Shown: positions 9,629 to 19,375, counted from the stretch's first letter. The stretch is DNA of 64,000 bases from a bacterium (GCA_020853235.1 JADYZG010000008.1:14498-78497); one strand, 5' to 3'. Made by a program: numbers and translations. Notes: generated from the letters alone by a model not told the origin.

Positions 9629-10447
9629 CTATGACAATTCTAAACTTCCTTTCAGTGCGACGATGTCACCTCCGTTTAATTGCTTACTCCCCGCGATAGT
9701 TAATGAGGTTATTAAGACAGTACCCTTTTTTGTCCCGATTGCTAAACCTTTCTGCTTAAGAAATTGTATTTTTTTAGGTTCGAGTTGTAAGTCATTGAAA
9801 ACACTTCCACGAAGCAAATTCATTTCAAAAGATTTCCCATTTCTCAAAATATCTGTCCAGGCTAGCGGCTCTGGATTATACGCCCGAACTTTTCTAATAA
9901 TCTCTTCTGCCGTCATTTCTGCGAAGTTGATTTTTGCAGCAACTCGGTTTAGTTCACGCTTGTAACAGATTGAGCCTTCTCCCTGCTGTGGCGTAAAAAC
10001 AATGCCTTGCTTTTGGTTGGTAAACAGCTTATCGAGTAATCCAGGAAGAAGTGAATCCATATATTTTTGAAGCTCCCCTGAAGTCCACTGTGGTTCAATG
10101 GCGACAGTGTGGGAGAAAATAATATCACCCATATCCATTTCCTTTACCATTTTTTGAAATGTAATACCTGTTTCCTTTTCTCCAGTAAGTATTGCCGCTT
10201 CGACTGGAATTGCACCCCTGAATTTAGGTAGTAAAGAAAAATGTATATTAATCATTAACAAATTTTGTAAAAGATCCTCTGGAAGGATTTTTCCGAAATC
10301 GTAAACAAGTCCCCAATCTCCTACATGAGGAATATACGACTGCAGAAAGACACCGTACTTTTCCTTATCCACCAACTCATAAACAATACCCTTCTCTTTT
10401 AAATACACCTCGATCGTTATTGGTTTTGAGGAGAAAAGGTACAACAT
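9629..10447 (-). CDS. fmt: Methionyl-tRNA formyltransferase (short form)
   Basis: Formyltransferase core motif NIHFSLLPKFRGAIPVEAAIL plus a C-terminal Fmt-type domain. The N-terminus is shorter than E. coli Fmt. Confidence 0.75.
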   Translation of the reverse strand: MLYLFSSKPITIEVYLKEKGIVYELVDKEKYGVFLQSYIPHVGDWGLVYDFGKILPEDLLQNLLMINIHFSLLPKFRGAIPVEAAILTGEKETGITFQKMVKEMDMGDIIFSHTVAIEPQWTSGELQKYMDSLLPGLLDKLFTNQKQGIVFTPQQGEGSICYKRELNRVAAKINFAEMTAEEIIRKVRAYNPEPLAWTDILRNGKSFEMNLLRGSVFNDLQLEPKKIQFLKQKGLAIGTKKGTVLITSLTIAGSKQLNGGDIVALKGSLELS

Positions 10448-10462
10448 GGACTTCTCCTCTAC

Positions 10463-11386
10463 CTACTTCACTTTTGACTCTGCCTTATTCGACTCTAGTG
10501 CTGCTGCCATTTGTTGAATCATATTGTCAGCTCCTTTTGGTGCAGGATCAATAAACATAACTTTTGAATTTGGTGAAATACCAATCGCCTTAACTGTATC
10601 GAAGTACTGTGACATAACAATAAGGTTCATTACCTCATGTGTATTAAGACCTGGAACACCTTTCATATCATCGATTGAGTTTTTTAATCCATCTATGATC
10701 GCTTGTCTTTCGCCTGCAACACCCTCACCAAGTAGAATTCTCGATTCTTTCTCTGCTTCGGCTTCTTTGACAACTCGAACTTTAGTCGCTTCAGCCTCGT
10801 TCATGGCAGCTTCACGTAACCGTTGTGAGGCAACAACTTTACTCATGGCATCGGTAATAATCGTTGGAAATACAATGTCCATAATTTGGTAACCATGGAT
10901 CTCAATACCCCATGCAAGAAATTTTTCATTCAAATGTTGCACAAGATACGCAGATATTTCCTCTCTTTTTTCAAGTAACTCTTCGTGCGTTTGTGTTGCA
11001 ACGAAACTTCGAACATAATTCTCTACAAACGATGCAATTGTTTGCTTTGGATCGGAAAGTTCATACCAATATTGAGTTACTTTATTAACACTAATAGCAT
11101 ATATAAGGTTTGATTTTAATCTTACCTGTACTTTATCTTTTGAAACAGCATCAAGTTCAAACAAAAAGTTTCGTACGGCAAGGTTCACTTGAACAGCTAC
11201 ACGCTCCAAAACCGGAATCACTAAGTTAAACCCAGCAGTTAGAGTTTTTTCATATTTTCCCAAGAACTCAACAATTGCCACCTGATTTTGCGGGACAATT
11301 TTGATCATTGAAAATAGAAGAGCTGTACCTAAAATAACAAAAAACCAAAAGAATGTCATTATTGTTGCGAATAATTTATTACTCAA
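10463..11386 (-). CDS. SPFH/band-7 (stomatin/prohibitin-like) membrane protein
   Basis: N-terminal TM, then a typical SPFH core (VPQNQVAIVEFLGKY...) and a coiled Ala/Glu-rich region EAAMNEAEATKVRVVKEAEAEKE. Confidence 0.8.
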   Translation of the reverse strand: MSNKLFATIMTFFWFFVILGTALLFSMIKIVPQNQVAIVEFLGKYEKTLTAGFNLVIPVLERVAVQVNLAVRNFLFELDAVSKDKVQVRLKSNLIYAISVNKVTQYWYELSDPKQTIASFVENYVRSFVATQTHEELLEKREEISAYLVQHLNEKFLAWGIEIHGYQIMDIVFPTIITDAMSKVVASQRLREAAMNEAEATKVRVVKEAEAEKESRILLGEGVAGERQAIIDGLKNSIDDMKGVPGLNTHEVMNLIVMSQYFDTVKAIGISPNSKVMFIDPAPKGADNMIQQMAAALESNKAESKVK

Positions 11387-11393
11387 TTATACA

Positions 11394-12131
11394 TTATTCG
11401 AGCCAAAATCTAGTGATATCCCATACAGCAAGGTACATAGCTGCAACCTCTCTGAAATTGTACCAATTACCGTGATAACTTGAGAAGTTTCCCGTCGCGT
11501 AAATCCCCGTAGTCTCAATACCAACACTATCACACAAGAACAATGCGCGAGGCAGGTGAAACCCCTGACTAACGACAAGCAGAGATGATATACCGAACTC
11601 ACTTTTCGCCCTTCTACAGGAATCAAACGTGCGTAACCCCAAATTATCTTCCAAGATAGCTTCGTCAGGTACACCAAGTTTAACGAGTTCGGCACGCATT
11701 GTCCTGGGTTCATCGTAATACTCAGAACTTCTTGCACCAGAAACCAATATTTTTACGACATTCTTTTTCTCATAAAGTTCTGCTGCTGTGTTCAACCGCT
11801 CCTGTAACGCACCACTCGGGGTATCATTCGAATATACCGCTGCGCCAAGAACCATCACTGTTTGGGGACTATCAATCACTGAATCAATTGAAACGTAAAT
11901 TTTTTGTCTAAAGTAGAAATACAAAAATGGAGGGATAGCAATCATCACAAATAATGTACAAAGAGCTAGTAGTACCACAAATTTTGACATTATTCGCAAG
12001 AATCGTTGCATCTGACAATTATAACCCAACCTACTAATCCACCAACTTATCGACACAATCGCTTTCCGTGCAACACGCCACATTAATGCTTCACGGTCGT
12101 GAAATATATCTGCAGGTTCTGTCTGCATCAT
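11394..12131 (-). CDS. sanA: SanA/YdcF (DUF218) family membrane protein
   Basis: VMVLGAAVY...LQERLNTAAELYEKKNVVKILVSGA...YDEPRTMRAELVKLGVP...ILEDNLGLRTFDS...LLVVSQGFHLPRALF parallels E. coli SanA. The true start may be an internal Met (12011 or 11990) just before the TM segment. Confidence 0.7.
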   Translation of the reverse strand: MMQTEPADIFHDREALMWRVARKAIVSISWWISRLGYNCQMQRFLRIMSKFVVLLALCTLFVMIAIPPFLYFYFRQKIYVSIDSVIDSPQTVMVLGAAVYSNDTPSGALQERLNTAAELYEKKNVVKILVSGARSSEYYDEPRTMRAELVKLGVPDEAILEDNLGLRTFDSCRRAKSEFGISSLLVVSQGFHLPRALFLCDSVGIETTGIYATGNFSSYHGNWYNFREVAAMYLAVWDITRFWLE

Positions 12132-12734
12132 ATTACTGTAAGATAAAATTCCTATAAAAAGATATCCTTTTCTTTATCCAATAGTCTTTGAAAATAGCAG
12201 TTGTTTGTGTAAATAAGTATAAAACTTTTGCGCGATCTCTCTAAAAAAGAGTTATTAACAAATATTTTAAAATCAGAATTTCGAATTGCGTCGAACTGAC
12301 ACCTGATACGGTTTGATGTGATTAAGAATTAAACGAAAGTTGCTATTTTTACTGTCACCACGGCATTTTTCGAGATTCTGACCAAGAGCCTCTTCTCTTA
12401 AACCTGCTCATTCAAGTTTTCCAAAATTTCGTACGTATACCCAACGTATACTGAGGGTATCTTATGCCCATATATCCATTGAATATTTTGTAGTCATCGC
12501 CGTCTAAGGAATAAAAATGCATCAGAAATTGCTACAACCCACACAAAATCGCTTAACCACTATCCATTCGAAATACATATGATTAGTTCTCTAAAATGAC
12601 TAAAAACACTAACGGCCTATAATTATTGCATCTTGAGTTCTATAAAGTTTAATAATCTTGTATAGCCAAAAAATTATCAACTCAATTCTTCTGCCTATTT
12701 TCACTATCATCCCTTAGGTGATTTTCTCTGAGTA

Positions 12735-14030
12735 TCAGGCCTTAAGTATACTCCCCACCCTTTGCTGCAGTTCTTCTACTATAAGTGGTTGTTTAGAGAC
12801 GATACTATCTGCGATCTTTCCCGCCACTTCCTTCATGCCTACCCACTTTAGATTATCTGACTTCTCCTGCGCAATGGCATCAAGTACCTCTGCAATAACT
12901 TCGGCAGGGGTTCCAGCTGCAGAAACAAGATACACCAGAAAATTTGGTTTATTTTCTGCAAGTATGTCTAAAAATACCGGTGACGTTTCTCCGGTAAATA
13001 CCGCTATCCGCCGCATAACATGTAATGGAAACTCGTCAGGTCGAGGCTCAGCTCCTTTACTCGTAACGATTTTGAATCGAAATGCCATACGATCACAAAC
13101 CGTCTGTAATTCCTCAAGCACCACGCGGTCAATATCGGAGGTATGTCTCTCGCGTAAAAGCGAAAACAATTTTACCAGCGACACAGACTCCACTTCGAAT
13201 CGTTTCTGAGTATCAGTTATTGCCTGCGATTGAACAACTGCCTGCTTGTACCACTCAGAGTCAAGCTCGAACGAAATTGAGCGCGCAATCTCTCTAGACC
13301 TACTAGCACAGCTAGCAATATTTTCCGTAACGATCGATAATGCTTTTGGTGGCAACACTTTCAAAATGACCAATTCCGTTCTTGCCATACCACCTTCTGC
13401 AGCAACAATCTTAAGAAGATTGGAAAAGACCTCGAACTGAGGCTTAGTGCGCGGCCATAAGTCTATTTGAATTTTGTGAAAATTTTGAGTCAACCTATAC
13501 AAAATCATTAGTTCTACCAACACTGAGACCAAATCATCTGGAACGAACCCACCCATGGTTACCAGTTGAGAAACAATTTTTCCGATTTCATCAAAAAGTG
13601 CGAGGTACTCTCCTTCTGGCCTATTAAACATCCCTTTCGTTCCCGTACTAATTGTTGCCTCGGAAAGCGAAAAGCCCAATAACATAGAGTGAAATGGCTC
13701 GGGAAGTACTTCTGCAACACCTTGCGAGGCAACTTCTGCATATACTTTTCCTAAAACATTAACTGCCTCAATATTTGTACTCTTTCCAGAACCTGGTGGA
13801 CCTATCCACGCAGCAAGGGTAATACCAAGGACGTGCCGTTTAACGATTTCTAGTGCAACTGCCTGCTCAATAGATGGCAGCAAGGCACGTGCCCATTCAT
13901 TAATGATTACAGCCTGGCGTTCTACGGTTAAGTCATTTTTTTGATCAAATAATTCAACAATTTCTCGAACGTTTTGTTGAATTATTTGTCCAACTTCTTT
14001 ATGAGAATAAAGTCTCTTTTCGAGCAACAT
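12735..14030 (-). CDS. Uncharacterised P-loop NTPase (431 aa)
   Basis: Walker A GPPGSGKST and Walker B-like YLALFDEIG. About 270 C-terminal residues have no motif I recognise. Locally higher GC (two 60-nt lines counted at 43-45%). Confidence 0.6.
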   Translation of the reverse strand: MLLEKRLYSHKEVGQIIQQNVREIVELFDQKNDLTVERQAVIINEWARALLPSIEQAVALEIVKRHVLGITLAAWIGPPGSGKSTNIEAVNVLGKVYAEVASQGVAEVLPEPFHSMLLGFSLSEATISTGTKGMFNRPEGEYLALFDEIGKIVSQLVTMGGFVPDDLVSVLVELMILYRLTQNFHKIQIDLWPRTKPQFEVFSNLLKIVAAEGGMARTELVILKVLPPKALSIVTENIASCASRSREIARSISFELDSEWYKQAVVQSQAITDTQKRFEVESVSLVKLFSLLRERHTSDIDRVVLEELQTVCDRMAFRFKIVTSKGAEPRPDEFPLHVMRRIAVFTGETSPVFLDILAENKPNFLVYLVSAAGTPAEVIAEVLDAIAQEKSDNLKWVGMKEVAGKIADSIVSKQPLIVEELQQRVGSILKA

Positions 14031-14040
14031 AAAACACCTC

Positions 14041-14808
14041 TTAAATTACTTTCTTTGCTACAAGTATCATAAATAAAGGAATTTCTTCTCGGGCAATATT
14101 CTCTCGTTTTGCATTCTTACCAACACTTTCCTTTGGCGATGCGACTTCTTGCATTTCAGTAACGATAAAACCATTTTTCGTTAATTGAGTTATATATATG
14201 GATAAGGGAACATGGAAACTCCACGTAATTTGCTTCTTGCTATGTGAACGCTCCCCTGGCGTCATTACAATCGGAATTTTTTGAACTTTCAGATAACTAC
14301 TCACCCATCTCACCTGCTTCTTGTTACCTGGGAAAATCTCCCAACCAGAAGATCTCGGAATACGATAATATGGGTGATTCAACGCTAAGATCAGATGTCC
14401 ACCCTTTTTTACCAGTTGGCTAGCGTTCCGAAAAAACACTTCATAATTTTCTATATTTTGCAAAGCAAGTATGGATGCCGCTACATCAAATTTTTCATAC
14501 GATTTTCTCAGTGGCTTTCCTAAATCTTCTAATACAAATTGTGGCGACTTTGATCTACTCATTTTTCGAGCCTGAGTTATCAGTTCTGGAGATATCTCTA
14601 ATCCGACATAACGAATATTTTGATTTATTGTTCTTTCTAAAATACCTTGACCGCTTCCTAAGTCAACGAGGGTCTCGACGTTTAAATTACTGATAAGCTC
14701 TGTAATTCGCGGCAAGATACTATTCTCATGGAAGAAATGACCTTTCATTTTAACTTTACGGTCGTACCATTTTGCAACATTTCCCCAAGAGCTATTGCGT
14801 TCCTTCAT
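14041..14808 (-). CDS. Class I SAM-dependent methyltransferase
   Basis: Motif I LVDLGSGQGIL, post-I acidic VGLEIS, motif II/III FDVAASILALQN...GGHLILA. Stops 10 nt upstream of the P-loop gene. Confidence 0.75.
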   Translation of the reverse strand: MKERNSSWGNVAKWYDRKVKMKGHFFHENSILPRITELISNLNVETLVDLGSGQGILERTINQNIRYVGLEISPELITQARKMSRSKSPQFVLEDLGKPLRKSYEKFDVAASILALQNIENYEVFFRNASQLVKKGGHLILALNHPYYRIPRSSGWEIFPGNKKQVRWVSSYLKVQKIPIVMTPGERSHSKKQITWSFHVPLSIYITQLTKNGFIVTEMQEVASPKESVGKNAKRENIAREEIPLFMILVAKKVI

Positions 14809-14871
14809 ACAATTATGATACTCCTACATCAAGAATAAAACAACGGTATCTCGAATACTTTAGAATACCCC

Positions 14872-16200
14872 CTAGGGTACTAAGTACTTCTGGGCAGTGG
14901 TAATTATCGTATAAAGAAAGAAGGCTGTATAGGTGACGCAAATTCCAAAAAGTAAAGATTTCTCAAGACTCGACGGACGATATGATTGCGGTAAGCGAGT
15001 ATTGTTTAGCCACAAGATAACGCCAGAAATAACGGCCATTGCGAGCGCATTACAGACAGCCCCAATAGTGATTAGCCACAAAGGTTCTCTAATTCCTAAC
15101 AAAAAAATTCCCATACCGAACATCCCCTGCACGACGATGACTACTCTATACCACAGTATTTCAGGTTTCCCAAGTATATCAGCTGCAATCCTTCCGAGAA
15201 TGTCGAAAACACCAAGTTGCACTGAAAATAATGCAATCGCACCGCTCAATAAGAATCCTGTAGCTACCCATGATCCAACATCATGACCGATAACTTCTGA
15301 TTGTGCGATTAGGAAATCAAAACCATTGTAGGTTGTGTTTGTACCAAGCAAAACTGGACCTAAATACGACAACATGAGAATTGTTAGTAATCCCATTCCC
15401 CCAAAGACTATGATATTCTCAAGAATAATAAATTTTCTTGTACCACGAAAATAATGTAAACTTTTCAAATCTTCTGCTGCGGAAGTTTCGGTTTCGCCAT
15501 ACTGAGCCATACCGTGTCTTTTTTTAATAATGTAATAACCCTGGCCTAACAGAAGATTCCCGCCACTCCCCGCATAAGCAAATGCCCCAAGAAATACCGC
15601 AAGATCAAGCCCCGAAGGGATAAATCGGTAACCATCACCCTTACCTAAAATGCCAGACAGAAGTGATTGAAATTGTGTTACATCAAAATAGTGCAGAAAT
15701 AAGAAAAAAATAAATACAAATGATAAAGGAAATAGGTACTTAAAGATTTTTTCTATTCGATGATAGGAGTCTTTTACCAGCGTCAATACCAGAATCGCAC
15801 CGATTAATAAAACAAAGGGCAAAAATTGCTGGACTGACGGCGATACCGCAAATGCCTTCCCAAGTAACAGCGCGCTTCCCGAAGCAAACCCTGGCCAACC
15901 GAAACCTAATAGTGTTGAAAACAATAGCCAAACAGTAAAGTACTTACTTATCTTAATAAAACCTTTGACTGCGCTATGCCCCGTGACAATTGAATATCGT
16001 TGAATTTCATTGTTAAGGAAAACTTGAAATGCAATCCCTAAGGCAGCTGCCCAAAGAATTCCGTACCCATGCTTGACAGACAAATATGGCCAAAGAATGA
16101 ATTCTCCACTTCCGATACCAAGTCCAATAGCTACCAAACTTGCCCCAATATCTGACCATGACAGACTTTTACTTGGCGGAAAACGTCTCAGAGACTTCAT
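14872..16200 (-). CDS. Nramp-superfamily-like transporter with non-canonical metal-site residues
   Basis: About 11 TM segments. The TM1 region GLGIGSGEFILWP and TM6 region AYAGSGGNLLLG sit where Nramp has DPGN and MPHN. Start placed at MKSLRR (ATG 16200); the track ORF extends to 16236. Confidence 0.55.
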   Translation of the reverse strand: MKSLRRFPPSKSLSWSDIGASLVAIGLGIGSGEFILWPYLSVKHGYGILWAAALGIAFQVFLNNEIQRYSIVTGHSAVKGFIKISKYFTVWLLFSTLLGFGWPGFASGSALLLGKAFAVSPSVQQFLPFVLLIGAILVLTLVKDSYHRIEKIFKYLFPLSFVFIFFLFLHYFDVTQFQSLLSGILGKGDGYRFIPSGLDLAVFLGAFAYAGSGGNLLLGQGYYIIKKRHGMAQYGETETSAAEDLKSLHYFRGTRKFIILENIIVFGGMGLLTILMLSYLGPVLLGTNTTYNGFDFLIAQSEVIGHDVGSWVATGFLLSGAIALFSVQLGVFDILGRIAADILGKPEILWYRVVIVVQGMFGMGIFLLGIREPLWLITIGAVCNALAMAVISGVILWLNNTRLPQSYRPSSLEKSLLFGICVTYTAFFLYTIITTAQKYLVP

Positions 16201-16565
16201 CTGACATAGTAGCAGAAATATCAAAAATAAGCCCAATTTCGAAGATAAACATTAAACATAACATTTCACCGGTCGTGAAACAAATAGTTACGTGTCGAGG
16301 ATTTTACCGTTGGTATCTATAGGCCATACCTTCCCATATCTTACAGTCGCCTATCATGCACCACTCGATAGAGAATACCGTTCAGTTATATACAAAAATA
16401 TTTGTCACTATGCTTAAACAGATGTAACAGTGTGGTCACAAATCACAGCACAGAATATCAATTTTGCGCACTTAAAAAATTGTAGTTTCCCAGAAAAGTG
16501 TAAGAAACTATATAAAACTTATTCACTACAACTATTGACACCAGAGTCCACAGTTCTTTGCTCCG

Positions 16566-17180
16566 TTACAGCCCGAGCAACCTCTTAAGCCTCTTCACCT
16601 CTTCCTTGAGTTCTTTTGTATACTCAGGGAGGTATTCTTGCGCGAGAGGAATATAAAAATCTTCAGCTTTTTTGACAAGTCGCTCATACTTTTCTCTATC
16701 ATGCAGAATTTCTGTTGTCTGCAAATTGTTTAACCAAGATTCCAACTTCACAATCCGTACCGGAAGTGATGACTTTCTTATTTTCTCGAAGTATTTTTTA
16801 TCAGCATCCCAACGTTCATTTGAGTTTTTCAACCCCCTTTTCGGCTCTTCCGTAATGGATTCAATATCTGCGGCAATTTCTTTTCCAAAAAAATCCTCAA
16901 TCAATTGGAGGTCGAAGTGTGGATCTTTTTCGTATGCATCATGTAGAAGTGTTAAAATAATAAGATTCTCTAAATTTTCCTGACTTTTGCGTACCTGAAT
17001 AATCTTGATTACCATTGGAAAAATGTGCTGTTCTAAATACGGCGTTCCGTCATCGCGTACGTGATATCGATGAGATAAGATGGCACGAAGAAGGGCTTCT
17101 TCAACTCTTTCATTCCAAAAACCTGATTCTACGAGTGAATCTCTTACCTGTCCTTTTGTCGCGAATGGCTTTGTACCCAT
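16566..17180 (-). CDS. HD-domain hydrolase resembling RelA/SpoT-family small alarmone hydrolase (HD_4)
   Basis: H..R......PY..H (SHRYHVRDDGTPYLEQHIFP), LLHDAYEKD (HD motif), RIVKLESWLNNLQT (compare KLADRLHNMRT), EDFYIPLAQEY (compare Et..vyaPLA). Confidence 0.5.
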   Translation of the reverse strand: MGTKPFATKGQVRDSLVESGFWNERVEEALLRAILSHRYHVRDDGTPYLEQHIFPMVIKIIQVRKSQENLENLIILTLLHDAYEKDPHFDLQLIEDFFGKEIAADIESITEEPKRGLKNSNERWDADKKYFEKIRKSSLPVRIVKLESWLNNLQTTEILHDREKYERLVKKAEDFYIPLAQEYLPEYTKELKEEVKRLKRLLGL

Positions 17181-17306
17181 ATATAATTATCTCGAATTAT
17201 TTATCCTAACACTCCTCTTATACCATTTAATGCAAGTCCTCGGCCAACCGAGAAAAATACCTGACGCACTACAATCAGAACACCACAACAATACCGAAGC
17301 AAAAAT

Positions 17307-18686
17307 TCATCTCATATCAATTAACCGTTCACCTTTGTTCAATAGCGATTCGATATGAAGGACATCATTGGTCATGTGGTCTGGAACAAATACAGAATAC
17401 GTCGCCTTTTGATTACTGATTAAAATTGTTGTCATAAGAAAATCTCTGCCTGTGGCCAATGCCGCAGGAGTATCATCAACAAGTGTCACATTCTCCGGAT
17501 TTACCTCGGGATACAAACCAAGCAAGTACAGGTACAAATCTGGATCTGGCTTCGAAAACTTTGTATCCCCACCAAAAATTACTTGGTTGAATAACTTCCC
17601 AAGTCCTCTATTTTCAATAATTTGCTTACCCCAATGTCGAGGAAAATCGGTAAGCAGAACCAATGTATACTCTTCTTGTAAACGCTTAAGTAAAGAAACG
17701 ACGCTCTTTTTGATGGTTATTGAGGCATCTATAGCTCGATACGCTTTCTTCATATCGCCTATACCCATTTTATACCAAAAAGCTGCTTCTTCTAATAAGC
17801 CCCTCCTAAACAGTTGGTATTCAGCAGCAACATATGCAGGGTCCTTATGGATAAAAGTGCATAATACTTCTTCAATCATATCTTTCTCGTTAGTTAAGGT
17901 CCCAACAAAATCGAGAACCAGCAATTTCTTACGAGAGAACTTCTTCGTTTCAAGCTTTAATAATTTCGGAACTTCTGTGAAGTTTTGGGTATAGAATGTT
18001 TCTTTCCCTTCCTTGTCTTGATATAGCTTGCGTGGGTCAAACAAAATTGATTTCATTTTTATCCCTTCTGCAAGAGCAATATCAGTCTTTGGATTATTGC
18101 CAATAATCACAACTTCTTCTTGCTGTAAGTGTAGCTTTCTCAACGCGAGAAGCGCTTGTTCGGGGTGAGGCTTATCAGCACCTGCCTCCTCAGAGGTCAC
18201 TAAGTAGTCGATGTATCTCATAATACCGAGTTTCCTCACCTTCCGAAGCTGAACATCTGCCGTAAAATCAGTAACCATACAGGTTTTTAACCTATTGTAT
18301 TTGAACACTTTGAGTACATCAAGAACACCTGGGTACAGGACTGTCTTCCTAAGCATTTCATCGAAATAGTAATCGTACCCCCGTTGAATAATCCCTGGTA
18401 TGAAACTGACTCCACATAATTCGAGTGTTTTTTGAATATATAAATATCTACTGTGAGATGCCGCAGTACCTTTAAGTTCCCCCTTAACTTCTTTCTGTGC
18501 GCGAATATAATAGTCAATAAATTCCCCCCACGGGATGGTTTTTAATATAGGGCTCAAGTAGTTGTATAATTTGAATTCTAAAATTTCTTCCAGAGGTTTA
18601 TTTTGAGCATATAAATACTGGTAATCCTCTGTATTTGCAAGAGTCCCATCGAGATCCAGCAATACCCCCCGAAGCTTCGTTTCCAT
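17307..18686 (-). CDS. Tandem double HAD-hydrolase fusion
   Basis: Domain 1 has LLDLDGTLANTE ... IIGNNPKTDIALA. Domain 2 has LVLDFVGTLTNE ... a VDD motif near the C-terminus. Confidence 0.7.
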   Translation of the reverse strand: METKLRGVLLDLDGTLANTEDYQYLYAQNKPLEEILEFKLYNYLSPILKTIPWGEFIDYYIRAQKEVKGELKGTAASHSRYLYIQKTLELCGVSFIPGIIQRGYDYYFDEMLRKTVLYPGVLDVLKVFKYNRLKTCMVTDFTADVQLRKVRKLGIMRYIDYLVTSEEAGADKPHPEQALLALRKLHLQQEEVVIIGNNPKTDIALAEGIKMKSILFDPRKLYQDKEGKETFYTQNFTEVPKLLKLETKKFSRKKLLVLDFVGTLTNEKDMIEEVLCTFIHKDPAYVAAEYQLFRRGLLEEAAFWYKMGIGDMKKAYRAIDASITIKKSVVSLLKRLQEEYTLVLLTDFPRHWGKQIIENRGLGKLFNQVIFGGDTKFSKPDPDLYLYLLGLYPEVNPENVTLVDDTPAALATGRDFLMTTILISNQKATYSVFVPDHMTNDVLHIESLLNKGERLIDMR

Positions 18687-18688
18687 AG

Positions 18689-19375
18689 TTAGAGCTGAGA
18701 AATTAACTCGTTATATGACGAGATAACATTATCGTGTTGTGCTACAACGGCATCATTTTTCCCTTGATTTCGAACAACGTAAAAGTCAATCCCCGAGTTT
18801 TCGGCCGATTTAACACCATTTCCTGAGTCTTCAAAAATTACCGCCTCACGTACATTACCTCCTATTCTTTTGAGTGCTTCAAAAAAGATATCTGGAGCAG
18901 GTTTCGTATTTTGAACGTCTTCAACGGCAACGATGGTTTCAAAAAACTTTGCCAACCCTGCCCTCTCCAAGATTACCGTCGTAAACTTTTTTGCAGTCGA
19001 TGTGCCAACCGCCATTTTCATCTTCTTTTCTTGTAATTTTTGTAAGAACTCAACGACTCCTTCCTTAACTTTCACGACGGCTTCAAAATTTTTACGCAGT
19101 TCCTCGTCTTTCTGGCCCCTATATGAGGTAACAACAATATCAACTGGCGTTGTCGTGTACCCAATACTTGCAAAGTAATCCCGAAATCCTTTTTTTGACC
19201 CAACACCGGCCATAAAATGCATATACTCGGCAAATGCCAACTCATTACCCGTAAATCTCTTTACCGCATCACGAAAACAGGTGTAATTAAGGTTTTCTAA
19301 ATCGACTAACGTTCCATCCATATCAAATAGGAAATATTTCTTACTTTTTAAATCAATCATAGCCAAGTTTATCAT
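18689..19375 (-). CDS. HAD-IA hydrolase (beta-phosphoglucomutase/phosphatase-like)
   Basis: FLFDMDGTLVD, VGTSTAKK, KPAPDIF, FEDSGNGVKSA motifs. There are 2 nt between its stop and the next HAD gene's start. Confidence 0.75.
   Translation of the reverse strand: MINLAMIDLKSKKYFLFDMDGTLVDLENLNYTCFRDAVKRFTGNELAFAEYMHFMAGVGSKKGFRDYFASIGYTTTPVDIVVTSYRGQKDEELRKNFEAVVKVKEGVVEFLQKLQEKKMKMAVGTSTAKKFTTVILERAGLAKFFETIVAVEDVQNTKPAPDIFFEALKRIGGNVREAVIFEDSGNGVKSAENSGIDFYVVRNQGKNDAVVAQHDNVISSYNELISQL

Noticed and set aside
10524-10892. 122-aa ORF antisense to the SPFH gene, and many similar 60-180-aa ORFs inside larger genes (for example 12718-13209, 17452-17994, 28472-28936, 33265-33720, 36085-36606)
   Set aside because: They lie fully inside longer ORFs that carry clear conserved motifs on the opposite strand or in another frame. 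Their sequences are low-complexity S/T/F/I-rich, as is typical of shadow frames in AT-rich DNA.
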